Source of the DNA: the human T2T-CHM13v2.0 reference genome, Homo sapiens
Direction: 5' to 3' (one strand)
Length of the DNA stretch: 64,000 nucleotides
NCBI RefSeq assembly: GCF_009914755.1
Contig: NC_060931.1
Made by a program: the position numbers and the translations under genes. The notes below the pieces were generated by a model. That model was not told the origin of the DNA. It did not search any database and worked only from the letters and a program-made list of their open reading frames with translations. Shown piece after piece: positions 43,099 to 57,679 of this stretch; within the stretch, counting starts at the first letter, position 1; each line of letters opens with the position of its first letter.

Positions 43099-43647
43099 CA
43101 AATTGTGTTCTTGGAAGTGCTGGTGGTGGTTTCTTCTATATTTTTGGTTACTTTTAGCTATATATTATTGCCTGTCAGTGTACCTTCCAACTTATAAATG
43201 AAACTACTCTTTGGGTGATATTGTGCCCCTTACCCCACAAGCACTTCTTTCTACCTGCTCTATTAATACAGGTTCTTTCAGGGTCTCTCATCCTAGGCGG
43301 TGTTTTTATTCCTACCTCACAGTAGGGCTTTGAAATCTTACTGCCCAACTAGAACATTTTCCCCCTCCACACTGATTTCATCCCAATAATTAGACAAGGA
43401 TTGGTTCCTCAGGTTGCTCTTGCTGGTTAAGGACAAGTCCTGCTTCCAGGCTCTGAAAGACAAGTTTATTTTTTAGTATGTCCAGATCAGCTCAAGTTTA
43501 GTGGTAAGACCAGGCCTGAGCTGCTACAGCCCACACTCTTGAAACCCATCCTCTTGAAACTCTTGACACCACACTGGAAACCTTGTGAAAAGCCTCTGCT
43601 TTTCATGACCTTTCCTCCTTGTTTCTGACCTACTTGAGGAAAGGAGC

Positions 43648-44008
43648 TGATACAGTTTGGCTGTGTCCCCACCCAAATATCATCTTGAATTGCAGCTCCC
43701 ATAATCCCACGTGTCAGGGGAGGGACCTGGTAGGAGGTTAATGAATCATGGGGGTGAGTTTTTCCAGTGCTGTTCACATGATAGTGAATTAGTCTCACAG
43801 CATCCAATGGTTTTATAAAGGGCAGTTCTCCCACACATTTCTCCTTGCCTACTGCCATGTAAGACGTGACTTTGCTCCTCCTTCACCTTTCGCCATGATT
43901 GTGAGGCCTCCCCAGCCATGTGGAACTGTGAGTCCATTAAACCTTTTTCATTATAAATTACCCAGTGTCAGGTATTTCTTCATAGCAGTATGAAAATGGA
44001 CTAATATA
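43648..44008 (+). mobile_element. THE1 (B/C-like) solo LTR
   Basis: tgatacagtttggctgtgtccccacccaaat...ggactaatata; TSD GGAGC/GGGGC. Confidence 0.92.
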
Positions 44009-44522
44009 GGGGCTGTATCTTGCCCATCCTTAGGTACTATTACTTCTATTACATTACTGCTAATCTGGTGGGATCCTCTTCCAGCAGTTACTGCCCTCTG
44101 CAGAGTAACCCCATTCCAAGAAGCCCCACCCTCTCTCCAAGACTTTATTCTTGTCTGAATGTTTTCTGAGCCCGACGGTCCTTATTTATGTTTCAAATAG
44201 CTTGGGAGGAAAAACTCCAATACAGACAACTTGAATTGGCAACCAAACCCTAATGCTACTTACTGTCAAGTCATATCCGTGAATTTCGTAGCACTAATGC
44301 ATTCATTCAGTCAGTCAAATAGAATTGCCTGTTACAGCTCAGGTTGATATGGGAGTCGGGCAATGACAGGCAAAAGAAACAGCCCCTTGTGACACAAAGC
44401 TTATACTTCCACTGGCTTCTTACAACTCCTCTCTGATCTACCCTTCCCAGAGTCCATATTTCCCCTCTCGATTCTCTGTGACCACCCTTTCATTTAGGAA
44501 GACAGCTCAAATTTCAGCCTGA

Positions 44523-45354
<832 letters not shown>

Positions 45355-46519
45355 TGAGAGAGACCAGGGGCCAGCTCCAAGCCAGAGTCATTTCATTCAG
45401 GGCAGATGTGATCAGAAGACCAGCCAAGGGGCTGTCCCTCTAGCAGGATGTGAAAACAAGGAGAGTCCTGGTCAACACAATTTTGCTTGGAAAGCAAAGT
45501 GGTGCTGAAATACCTACACCTGAGAGCGATTGTCTTAATGTGGCAGGAATGTAAAACAAATTGGACATAATTTGGAGGGAGGGTAATGAGGTACCACGAA
45601 CAAGAAAACATAAAGAATCACTAGGCTCGGCAAGGTGTCAACCCTGTCCTAATTAGGCACAGTTGTTATAAGAAGTACATAATTAATAAGCGTGTGACCA
45701 GATGTGAAATACAGCAGAGGTTTTTCCTGAAATGGAGGGTGTAATGAACTGTGCGCAGCTGGAAGTAGTTGTCCTAATTTGGCGCAGGCGGAAGGCCTGC
45801 CTGGAATTTTGAAGAGGTGTAGTAAGATGCACACCACAGGTTTACACCTGAAAACAACTAATCCTATTCCATCTGGGCTGGGGTGTAATGAGATAGAGCT
45901 ACTTATCAAGAGTATAATGAGATGCAAAAGCCATTGGAACTGAGCTGGAAATTTATTTAAAAGTGAACTAAGACGCAAACACCAGGAAAGAATTTCTGCT
46001 AATGGAGGTAGGTGTGAGTGTGATGAAACATACACCATGTGAGGAGGGGCTGCTTTAACATGTCTGGGCCAAAGACGCGTCTGTAATTAAAAATATTGCC
46101 AGGACATTTACACACCTGGAGCAAGAGTCCCTGGGAACCTAAGAACGCAATGACTTGTAAAAGCCACATGCATACTATTAAGATGTATGTGACCGCTTAT
46201 GTGTGTACAAATAACTGGAAAAAAAAAAATAAGGAAGTTAGGTGTTTTCGGGTGAGTGCAGTTCCCATTTTCCTTGATCTCATTTAGAAAGGTGACCTCA
46301 GATTCCTGCTGACTTTGCAATAGATACTCTAGCAGGAACCTGATTCCAAACAGAAAACCCAGCAATCTTCTCATCCCAAACTGATTTAATTATCACCAGC
46401 TCAAGTTTTCTTTCACACAAGGATTTATTTACTGTGTGAGAGAGATCAGGAAACCATTAGTAGCTGGTTTTTGTGGTTGTTTTTATTTTATGATTGCTAC
46501 TACGTTATTCTAGACACCA

Positions 46520-46740
46520 TTTATGGAACACTTCATGTGTATCAGGTGCTGTGCTAAATGCTTTACCACATTATTTCATTTAATCCTCACAATAATCCTA
46601 CAAGATGTATATTATTATCATCCCTACTTTACAGAGGAAACTAAGGCTCGGATTAAGGGCTTTGCACCAGATCTGGTAAGTGAGCCAGCTCTGCCCAACA
46701 CCAGAGTTCATTCTGGAACCGTAGCCAAATCCAAAGCTCA
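46520..46740 (-). mobile_element. MIR
   Basis: gtgctaaatgctttacc...tcatttaatcctcacaataatcct...ttacagaggaaactaaggctc. Confidence 0.85.
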
Positions 46741-46759
46741 TACCACTCGTCTCACAACA

Positions 46760-47251
46760 GCCAATAAGACAAGACATACTCAACTATTCTTTCCAAATAA
46801 AGGAAAGTGACTTTATTTCAGGAAGCCAGCAAACTGAGAAGATGGCAGACTGGTGTCCTAAAGGACCATCTTCAAAGGTATGAATCTCAAGCTTCTTTTT
46901 ATATTGGGTAAAGGGAACAAGGAGGGGGTTAAGGTCAGGAGGTGACAGGTGACCACAGACATCTGGGTGTCAGCAAGAGTCTGAGGGAGTTTCATAACTT
47001 CTTTTTCTTTGTTCAGGTCACAGCACTCCTACAAGTCTTTAGCATAACATTGTTCTTGGGTGTATGCCCTTCTTATCTCCTCAGGGGTTAGTTTGGGGAA
47101 GGCCCTATTATCATCCTTGCTTTAAAGTTAAGCTATACACTAAATTCCTCCCATAGTTAGCTGGGCCTACATGCAGGAATGAGCAAAGGCAGTTTGCTTG
47201 GGGGTTAGAAGCAAGATGGAGTCAACTATGCTAGATTTCTCTCACTGCTAC
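46760..47251 (-). mobile_element. ERV1 MER4-group LTR
   Basis: Shares terminal block with the LTR8 copy (caggaatgagcaa...ggttagaagcaagatggagtc...tctctcactgctaca); subfamily uncertain. Confidence 0.65.
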
Positions 47252-47644
47252 AGAACCCCCCTCTGTGCTATTTTGAGCCAAACCCCCTTGTCTAGTGTGG
47301 CAAAGGCAGGGACTCTCACATGCTATATTTGAGCCCCAAGTGATACTGGTAGTCTGACTCATCCATTCACCCTGTCCTCTCCTGTAACCTCCAGCAGGAA
47401 CCATTTCTGGACCACATTTGGGGCCACCATTGCCCACTCTCCTCTCTGCTTCTCCTCCACCCACAGCTGCCTGAGCCCATCCCTGTGACCAGTACATTGA
47501 CAGAAATCTTGGAAACACAAACCTTTGGTTCAGGGGCTGACCCCCCACCAGTTGGAGGCTGGAGATAACCCCAAGAGGTTGAAGCTAAATGCTCAGGTTC
47601 TAGAATCTGGTGTATCTTGGCTCAACATGTTGCCTTAGCCTTCA

Positions 47645-48091
47645 TAGGGGAGGCAACTTATCTTTTCCTTCTATCTATCTTAGGTTCATTGTCTGGAACC
47701 CCTGTAACAAAAGACAGATTAAGAAGAAGAAAGCATACTAATTTATTTAATGTAAGTTATACATGAAAAAAAATGAAGACCTGAAGAAGTAATTAAACCT
47801 GGGTGGGGTTTTGCTGCTGTTTGTGGTGGTGGTGGTGATGGTGTTTTCGAGGCAGGGTCTCGCTGTATCGCCCAGCCTGGTCTCTCACAGGAGGGTCTTA
47901 GGCCTGCTTCAGGGGAAGGTCAGAAAAGTCTTCCTAGGTTTTAGGACCTGCTGCAGAGGGGAAAGAAGAGGAATGGCCAGGGGAGGTCAGAGAAACCTTC
48001 CTGAACATGCTGTTTCTCAAATTCCTTCTGCTTAAACTGTTCGCTATGCTAAGGTGCCAGATTTGGGAGTAGCGTGTCCTGAAGACCATCA
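47645..48091 (-). mobile_element. ERV1 LTR (LOR1/MER34-like) containing a short Alu remnant
   Basis: taacaaaagacagattaagaagaaaagcatac...atttgggagtagcgtgtcctgaagaccatca; Alu-like gaggcagggtctcgctgtatcgcccagcctgg at ~47849-47880. Confidence 0.6.
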
Positions 48092-48360
48092 ACTTTGCAG
48101 GTGGTTTGATGTGGTTACAAGTGCTTAAAAATGCCCTCTGTTGCCTCATCTTTGAAATGGGATAACAGTGATACTAATAGCTCCTGTCCAACAGAGGCAT
48201 TCAGTGCCTGGCATGTCATTAGTATTATATATACATAACAAATAATATCCTGTCTGTTTCTTTGAGGAGTTTCAGACACACTATCAAGAAAGCCTGCTGT
48301 GTTGAAGTGTAAGAGTGCAGCCCCGCTTACAGCGCTTCTTGGTTAGAAAGGCCCAGGCTA

Positions 48361-48834
<474 letters not shown>

Positions 48835-50719
48835 TCAGTGTCTGCTTCCTTAAGCCTGCTTCCATTTTAGCTATTAGCGAGGGTTTTGCATCTCGTTGCC
48901 TGCCAGCATATTATGTGCATCTCATTAACTCTGAAGGCTCCACTACCCTTTAGGGACCAGACCTTCACAGACGTAATGGCCTTCTGCCTGAGGTTTGAGT
49001 TTGCTGTTACTCTTTCTACCTTGGCTGAGGAATGTCAGCCCATGGATTTCTAATAAGTTCACAAATTGCTCTATGAAATTGAGGTGAGAAAAATGTCACA
49101 TTCTTTTTTTTTTTAATTTTTAAAAATCAAATCTGGCTTGGAGCCCCCACTTAACCATTCTCAGCAGAAGTCCGACTCCAGTCATTGTGATTTACTCACA
49201 GGCAGGGGATGGGGGTTTTGGTGAGAGGCTTCCCCTCCTTCAGGTTGCACCAACACCCTGCTGCTGAAGCAGGTCAGGAGAGCGGGGTGAGCACTACGTC
49301 ATCAGGGCATCCTGATCACTCTTTCCCCGGGCTCCTTCTGCGACACAGTGAAGACTCTAAACACTGTCTGGTGCTGTCGTCAGGCCCTGCCCTCCACAGG
49401 CAGAGTCTTTTCTAGTGTGCCCAGGCTTTGTTCCGGGGACCTCCAGGCCTCAGTGTCCATCCACCACAGGCATCCCTCACAGTTGCCTGACACGAGGTCC
49501 TGCCCTCTGTGGGCACTGTGAGCTGGATGTCGTGGAGCTACCGTGCATGCTACAGCCCTTGTCTCTTCTCAGCTTTGGGGGACCCAACACTCCAGGTTGG
49601 GCAGTTCTCTCCTCTTTCCTCCTGACCCCAGAGTCTCTTTCCTTTCTGCCACTGGGAGAGCAAACCCTCCTTCCCTGGGCCTAGACCTTTCAAAACAATA
49701 GGCTGCTGGAGGGATTATCTGAGTGAAGATAAGTTTTCTCTCTCTCCTCCCCTCCCTTCTTCTCCCCTTTCTTTTCTTTTGCCCTGAAACAAGAAGTTTG
49801 TTAACCAGACTTCTGAGGATAAAGAGAGCCTGGACTCAAGAGCAATCCCCAGGTAACCCTATAGGGTGGCAGTGGGAATCTTTTATCCTAATTTTGGGTG
49901 GGGGGTTGGCATCAATTACTTTCTCAATAACACCTGTTGTGGATTCATAGAAATGGATAGAACCTGAGAGAGCTTCCGTCCCAACCATCTCATTTTTCAA
50001 AGGAGCCAGAGGAGCAAAGGGAGGAGGCCCAAGAGGAGAGTGGGGATGCCTAGTTCATGTCTGAGCCAGGACCAGCATCCAGGTCTCGACTGCCACTCCC
50101 AGGATCCTGCATTTGGGAGCCCCCAGGTGAATCATGCTGTTAGACTGCCAAGTGGAGGGATAGAGGCAAGGTCCTGCCTTCAAAGACATGAATGTCGCAT
50201 GGAAAGAACAGGGCAACACACACGAATCCACTATGGAGTATCGTAAGCCAGTGTACCACTGAAGGCTCACGGAGCATTTCTGAGGAACTCAGTAAAACGA
50301 ATAATGATTGTAGACTATCGTTAGTCAAATACAACTTAACTGGGAAAATGGAACTGGACCATGGTCTTGAAAAACAAGTGGAGCTAGAGAATCAATGTGA
50401 GGGCTGAGATGAAGGTATGCAGTTTGTCAACCTCCACAGTATAAAAAAAAAGTAAGCAAAGAAAGTGAAGCAAAAGAAAACTCAGGAGTATGAGGAGGAT
50501 CAGCACAGTGCAGTCATGAAAACTAGCCAAGGCAAACCTGCCTAGCAGGAGGCCTGGCACATTTTGGATGTTCTTGACTTCTTTTTTCTTACCTTGCTGG
50601 CAGTCAGCAGATACATGGGATCTTTGAACCCTCTAGAATTACATGCATACAGCATGGGTGATTTGGGGTGATGGTGTATAAGTGCATTATATGAAATCAG
50701 GTCTGAGGTTTTCATTAGG

Positions 50720-51468
50720 TTCTCAATATATCTTGCTCTCCCTCTTCCAGGAATATAGTAGGATTGCATTTCTGAGCCTGTATTAGTCCGTTTTTACACA
50801 GCTGATAAAGACATACCCAAGACTGAGTAGTTTATAAGGAAAAAGGGGTTTAATGGACTCACAGTTCCGCATGGCTTGGGAGACCTCACAATCATGGTGG
50901 AAGGCAAAAGGCTTGTCTTAGATGGCAGCAGGTAAGACAGAATGAGAGCCAAGTGAAAGGGGAAACCCCTTATAAAACCATCAGATCTCATGAGACTTAT
51001 TCACTACCGCAGAACATTGTGGGGGAAACTGCCCCCATGATTCAGTCATCTCCTACTGGGTCCCTCCCACCACACGTGGGGATTATGGGGGCTACAACTC
51101 AAGATGAGATTTGGGTGGGGACACAGCCAAACCATATCAGGGCTCTTCTGTGTTTGGGTGGTACCATGGGATTAGGTGGCCAATAAGTTATGAGTAGAAG
51201 GGTGTCACTTCCCAACCAAAGCCATTTAATTACCTGTGTGAAACCCTCCAGAGCTCAGTGCCCCCTCTGTCACAATGGCCAGCAATGTTCCAGATAGTGA
51301 CCACTCACTCAGCTAGGGTTCCAGAGGGAGGAAGATGCAGAGCAGAGCCCCAGCTGACCTGCAGTGGACATATGAGGTAAGTAAGAAATACATCTTTGTT
51401 GTTTAAAGCCATTGACATTTTGAGATTGTTTGTTACTGCAGCCTAACCCTCCCTATCCTGACTGATAC
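50720..51468 (+). mobile_element. MLT1 (H/I-like) LTR split by THE1
   Basis: Ends aagccattgacattttgagattgtttgttactgcagcctaacc...ctgactgataca. Confidence 0.75.
50779..51139 (-). mobile_element. THE1 (B/C-like) solo LTR
   Basis: tgtattagtccgttttt...gggtggggacacagccaaaccatatca. Confidence 0.92.
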
Positions 51469-51674
51469 ACACAACGAAGAGGCTGATCACAGTGAGGAGA
51501 GCAGAAAGAGCAAGGGAATTTCAATGAGGGATGAAATTTTGACTTTAAAGAGAACTAGTTGAGTGGAGGATTGAGAATAAGAGCCAAATTTAGAGGCTGA
51601 AGGATGAGAAAAGATAGTGATTTCCCAACAAGTCCTCAGTCAGTACATGTCTGTCCTAAAGACAGAAGCAACAA

Positions 51675-51962
51675 GGCTGGGCGCAGTGGCTCACACCTGT
51701 AATCCCAGCACTTTGGGAGGCCGAGGCAGGTGGATGACGAGGTCAGGAGATCAAGACCATCCTGGCTAACACGGTGAAACCCTGTCTCTACTAAAAATAC
51801 AGAAAAATTAGCTGGGCGTGGTGGCAGGCACCTGTAGTCCCAGCTACTCGGGACGCTGAGGCAGGAGAATGGTGTGAACCTAGGAGGCGGAGCTTGCAGT
51901 GAGCCGAGATCACGCCACTTCACTCCAGCCTGGGGAACAGAGCGAGACTCTGTCTCAAAAAA
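51675..51962 (+). mobile_element. AluY SINE
   Basis: Y diagnostics; perfect 17-bp TSD AAAGACAGAAGCAACAA (51658-51674, 51963-51979). Confidence 0.96.
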
Positions 51963-52265
51963 AAAGACAGAAGCAACAAGTATGTGTTGTTCACTCAAGG
52001 AGTGTATTAGCCAGGGTTTTCCAGAGAAATAGAACCAATAGCATATATATATATCTCTCTTTAACATATATGTACATATCCAACATATAAACAAAAAATA
52101 TATAAATATATATCTAACATAGAAAAAACTATCATCTATAATTGTATATATATATATATATGTATATCTCAATAAATGAACAACAAATATTCTTCACTTT
52201 TTTGTGCTAACCTTGTTAGAACTCAGCAGATACATGGAATCTTTGCACCCCTAGAATTACATATA

Positions 52266-52392
52266 CAGATGATCAATGACTTACAATGGTTGGACGTAAA
52301 ATTTTTTGGCTTTACAATGGTTCAAAAGCAATATTCATTCAGTAACACTCCATAACTTACATCCTGATAAACCCATCATAAGTTGAGGATCT
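52266..52392. mobile_element. MER47/Tigger5-like DNA transposon remnant
   Basis: cagatgatcaatgacttacaatgg...aaacccatcataagttgaggatctg, degenerate terminal inverted repeats at TA-rich sites. Confidence 0.6.
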
Positions 52393-52936
52393 GCATATGT
52401 GTGTGTGTGTGTATAATAGAGAGAACAGAGCAAGAGAGAGAGAGATGAGGAGACAGAATTATGGGAGTTGGCTCACATGATTATGGAGACTGAGAAGTTC
52501 CCTAATCTGCCATCTGCAAGCTGAAGAATCAGGAAAGCTGGTGATGTAATTCAGCCCAGGTCTGGAGGCCTGAAAACGAGTAGAGCCAGTGGTGTAACTT
52601 TCAGTGGGGGAGTTGAAGGTGGGGGACTGGTCTAAGTCTCAGAGTACAAAGGCTCAAGAACCAAGAGCTCCAATGTTTACAGACAGAACAATATGGATGT
52701 CCCAACTCAAAGAAAGAAGGAAAGACTTGTCCTTCCTCCACCTTTTTATTCTATCAGGGCCTTCAACAAATTGGATGATGCTTACCCACATTGGTGAGGA
52801 CAGATCTTTACACAGCCTACTGCTTCAAATGCTAAGCCCTTCCAGAAACACCCTCACAGACAAACCCAGAAATAATGTCTTACCAGCTATCTGGGCATCC
52901 CTTAGCTCAGTCAAGTTGACATATAAAACTAACCAC

Positions 52937-53560
52937 TGTTGCGGGATTCAGGAGGACGAGAGAGACCTCAGGTTGAAACAGGAGAATCTTTATTGAGTGC
53001 GCTCAGGCCCAGCTGACTCACCTCCAAAAAATTGGGCCCAGAACAAAGACCGCACCTGAATTTTATACACACTTCACAAAAGGGGGTGGGCTAGCTTAAA
53101 GCAAGCTTACAGGGGCATGAAAGCAGGGATACAGAGGGAGGACAAAGACAGGATTGCACATGACTGTTGCCAAGCAACCCAGATGTCTGTTATCTAGGTT
53201 TGTCTGAGCACAGGCTTATCCTGTAACCTTCACTATGGTGCCCAGGCAGCTGTAGTTCAGGCCTACTCAGGCTCCTCATGACCTTCATTGTACTTCTTAG
53301 ATAAAACAGAATACTTGAAGTCACTAGTTACAGAGAATAGGAATCTATAAACTCATTCCATAAAACAAAGGAAAATTTGTTTTTCTTCTCCTTATGTTGA
53401 GGGAGTGCTGGGAGAGTCTCCAGAGCACATTAGATAATATTATCAAGACTTTTCCTGGATCTGGCTGTGCCTGTTGCTGCCTCTGGGACAAGTCAGCCTA
53501 ATACAGGAAAACTTATTTTGCTTTCTTTTTAATTTGATTTTTCTTTAATTTCCTGCATCA
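52937..53560 (-). mobile_element. LTR10-family (LTR10C-like, HERV-I) solo LTR
   Basis: TG...CA termini, 5-bp TSD ACCAC/ACCAT; minus strand has TATA-like gtgtataaaa and aataaa; resembles recalled LTR10C. Confidence 0.75.
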
Positions 53561-56100
53561 ACCATCACAGTGAGCAATCCTGGATCCCCCCAGTTTATTT
53601 ATGTCTTTTGCTTTACCCCCCTTTTTCATTTATTTGAACTCCTGTAGTATTAGTGAGCTCAGATACATAGGTCTTAATTCAGTGTCTCTGAGTACTCACA
53701 GGAAAGCTTCTATGTAAATCCAACACATAAACAGAAAAAAAACTATAATAGTTAACTATATATAATATTATATCTATAATATTATAGAGATTATAAATCT
53801 GCTGTCTATAATAATTAACTGTTATTAAAGCTTAAAACCCCCTACAAGTTGCCACACATCCCTGCTCCAAAATCCTGATGTCTAATTATCTCACTGGACC
53901 AGCCCCTTTTTCCTTAGGAACTTTCTATTTCAGTACCATTTATTACCCATCCTCAGCAGTAAGTGTTTACCCTCTAACAACGTAGGCCCAATCACCAAAA
54001 CATGAAAAAGATTGGGGAAAAGAATATATTTTTCTACCCTCCTCCCCAACAGCTTAGAGTTCCTTGTATTTCTCTGATGTCCCAGTGGATGTAAATGTTA
54101 ATGGTTTTGAATGAGATTTGAAGTTGCAATCTTAAAATGAGGAAACATAACACTTAAATGCTGTTAATTCAGCTAGCTTTAAGAGACTAATAAAGCACAA
54201 GGTACTAGGCCTCTTGGCAGTTAAAGAGCAATTCACTCATCTATGATAACAGCAAACATTAAATTATTTTCATAGGGGATATAGAACTTCTTGCATCTTG
54301 CAGTTGTATTAACTGTCATCATTTTCTTAGATTTTCATTTCCATGTTTTCTGGATGCCCCTGAGATGCTTACACACTGTTCCAGACCTACAGAGTTCAGA
54401 AGGGAAGTAAGAGTAGCTACATCATTCGCCCCACATCCCACCCTCCATCGAGGACTGATCTAGGGCAATTTGACATTCCTGCTGTCCAAATTCCTTTAGT
54501 AAACATCAGTAGCCTTCTGCCATAAGCAGAGATGGAAGCAATGTGACTCCTCCCCTCAACTTTGCTAGCAGGAAGTGTGCTACAAAGTAAGCAGTCCACA
54601 GACAACATTCATTAGCAAGAGAACGTAAACATCCTCTTCCAACCTGCTCAGGAAGCACTCTCTGTCCCTTTTCTCTGTCCAGCACCTTATTGGAAAGTTT
54701 CCTCTGAGGCAAGCACAACTATGTTCTGTCAGCAGGATCAGACCCACCTTCTAGTTTGATCTAGAGACAGAGTTCTGCATGCATTCTGGGTGCTTGAGGA
54801 CCCAGAGTGCTGTTTCATAGCTGTCAAATACTAGGTTTACTTATTTTTTTTTTAAGTCATTTGCAAAAAGTTGCTAAAGCCCATAAAGTCTTACCAGCCC
54901 ACCACATGTCTTGAACAATTTCAGCATTCATTTCTTACCCCTTTTATGCTGATTAACCATCCCTCCAGTACTATTCCTGTTTAGATGGCAGCCCTTGAAA
55001 GGTTTGCCACAGCCACCTCTGGAGAGTGTGTTCTGGAAGGAGGTGCCTGAGTCTGGTCTTTAAGGATGTCATTTCTCAGGGAGCTGCCCGGTTGGGCTAT
55101 CCTGTCCCTCATTAATAAATGCCCTGCCCTTCAGATGCAGTGTCAGTTCCTCTGGTCCTCCACAATAGGACATCTACTAACCATCACTTTCCTAGTTGTG
55201 GGCATGAGTTTGCACTGAGCCATCCACATGTACTTGGAAACTTCAATGCAAATTTGCAAGGCAGGACCCAGGTGCAGTCCCAGCCTGCCTCAGAGCACAA
55301 GGATGCTAAGCACATTCACCAGAAACACCCTCTTGCCCGCAAAACCTAACCCCGGATGCTAGTCCAAACAGGCTCCCTCTCCAAGGATACAGAGCCTTGG
55401 ACTCTGATCACGCCAAGATCTAGAGTCCATCCAGCTTATGCTATTAATAGCTGGGGCCATGCTACCAGCCCATAGCTTATTAATAATGTATAGCTGCAGC
55501 CCCTGACTTAGTTCAGCTATAAACATTCCTCATCTGCATGATTAGCTCTTAACTTACTGATTAGAAAGTTTCATCCTGCCACAAAACCTACCCTTTCTGA
55601 ATGAATGGCTCTTTTAAAGGCAGCCAAGTTCTCTAAAATGTATCTCAAACCCAAATAAAAAATAGTCTACAACAAAAACAAAATTCTACTATTTTCTTGA
55701 TGGAATGAGAAAAAAAGGAGCTTAAGAAGGTTTTTAAAAGTTCAGCTCCATGCTTACTGAAGGGACTAAAAGTAGTTGTGAGTACAACTGGGGACTTGGG
55801 GAGATAAGGTTGGAGAATAATTCAGTGGCGAGTAGGAGATATTAATAAGTTTGTTGTTGTTGTTGTTGTTGTTTTTACCTTGAGGGATCTGGTGTAACCA
55901 CTAAGGAGTTTTAAGCAAGTAAGTAGTATTGGGTTTTGACTTTACAAATATCACCCTGGAAGATGGATAATGGATTGGAAGGCAGATGGCAGGAAGACTA
56001 GTCAGTGATCAAGGAGAATGACGGTAGTGGCTTCAACTAGGGTGGTAGTAATACGGATGGAGGGAGGTGGACAGATTCAGGAAATACTTAAAAGAACAAT

Positions 56101-56388
56101 GGCCAGGTGCAGTGTCTCATGCCCATAATCCCATTCTTTTGGGAGGCCGAGACAGGGTTGCTTGAGCCCAGGAGTTCAAGACCAGCCCAGGCAACATAGC
56201 AAGACCCTATCTTAAAAATATATATATATATAAAAATTAGCCAGGCATGGTAGTACCCACCTGTAGTCTCAGCTACTTGGGAAGCTGAGGCAGAAGGACT
56301 GCTTGAGCCCAGAAGTTCGAGGTTGAATTGAGCTATGATCGTGCTACTGCAGAGGGCAACAGAAATGAGACCCTGTCTCTAAAAAAAT
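56101..56388 (+). mobile_element. AluJ SINE with (TA)n in the middle A-rich linker
   Basis: Diverged Alu, J-type (cttgagcccaggagttcaag, gagctatgatc). Confidence 0.9.
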
Positions 56389-56404
56389 TGTAAACACATA
56401 AATA

Positions 56405-57060
56405 AAAGCATGATTGCTCCCTCACCTCCTTTAGGTCTCTGCTTTAATTTTTCCTTCTAAATGATTCCTTTCTTGACCACCTATTTAAAACAGCAACCCT
56501 GGCCAGGCATGGTGGCTCATGCCTGTAATCCTAGCACTTTGGGAGGCTGAGGCAGGTGAATCACCTGAGCTCAGGGGTTTGAGAGCAGCCTGGCCAACGT
56601 GGCACAACCCCATCTCTACTAAAAATACAAAAATTAGCTGGGTTTATTGGCACATGCCTGTAATCCCAGCTACTCAGGAGGCTGAGGCGGGAGAATCACT
56701 TGAGCCCAGGGGGTGGAAGTTGCCGTGAGCTGAGATTGCGCCACTGCACTCCAGCCTGGGTGACAGGTGACAGAGCAAGACTCCGCCTCAAAAAATTAAA
56801 TAAATAAATAAATAAAACAGCAGCCCCTTCCCCACAGCCTATACTTTCTCTGCTTAATTTTTCTCCATAGTTTTTATTGCCATTTGACATTCTGTATAAC
56901 TCAATCATTAATTTGATTATTGTTTGTCTTCCCCAACTAAAGTATACACTCTTTGAGGGCAGAGGTTTTTATATCTTTTGTTCTCTGTAGCCCCGATACT
57001 TAGAACAATCCCTGGCACATAATAGATGGTCAATAAATATTTTTAGAATGAATGAATAGG
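56405..57060 (+). mobile_element. L2 3' end split by Alu
   Basis: ctttgagggcagagg...cctggcacataatagatggtcaataaatatttttagaatgaatgaat. Confidence 0.8.
56501..56813 (+). mobile_element. AluS SINE with (TAAA)n tail
   Basis: Full Alu; TSD aaaacagcaaccct/aaaacagcagcccc. Confidence 0.95.
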
Positions 57061-57679
57061 TGAAAGATGACAGAATTGACAGGACGTGATCATTGGTTGA
57101 ATGGGAGGGCGTAAGAGGAAGTGGTAAAGCAGCAAAGGTAGGTTCCCAGGTTTCTAGCTAGGTTAACTGAGGGGATGACCTGCTATTCAGTGAGATAAGG
57201 AACACAAGGCAGGATGGGGAGAAGCAGGTTTGGAGGTGAAGGGTTGGAGGTGAAGGAGGTGATGATAAACTTGAGGCACTTGTGGGCTGTGTACAGAAAA
57301 ATGTAGAGGCGACAGGACTTTGAGCTGAAAGAATAGATTGTGCAACCTTTAGAGTCCTTATACATTCAAAAAATATTTGTTGTGAACCCTCTTTGTTCCA
57401 GACCCTACACCAAGCATGTTCAATACACAGATGAGTAAACTGAGGTTGTTACCAGAAAGTGGTCCTGATCCAGACCCCAAGAGAGGGTTCTTGGATCTCA
57501 CACAAGAAAGAATTCAGGGGAGTCCATAAAGTAAAGTGAAAGCAAGTTTATTAGGAAAGTAAAGGAATAAAATAATGGCTACTCCATAGGCAGAGCAGCC
57601 CTGAGGGCTGCTGGTTGCCCATTTTTTTTTGGTTATTTCTTGATTATATGCTAAACAACGGGTAGATTATTCATGAGTT

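Larger units (their letters stand above)
52003..53569 (-). mobile_element. MLT2 (ERVL) LTR hosting nested insertions
   Basis: tgtattagccagggttttccagagaaatagaaccaatag...cagtcaagttgacatataaaactaacca[LTR10]tcaca. Confidence 0.85.

Noticed and set aside
51636-52172. 178-aa minus-strand ORF and other ORFs with [18 protein letters not shown] motifs
   Set aside because: Translations of Alu sequence.
52185-52230. Faint resemblance to antisense U6 snRNA
   Set aside because: Manual alignment too poor; better explained by the local doublet.
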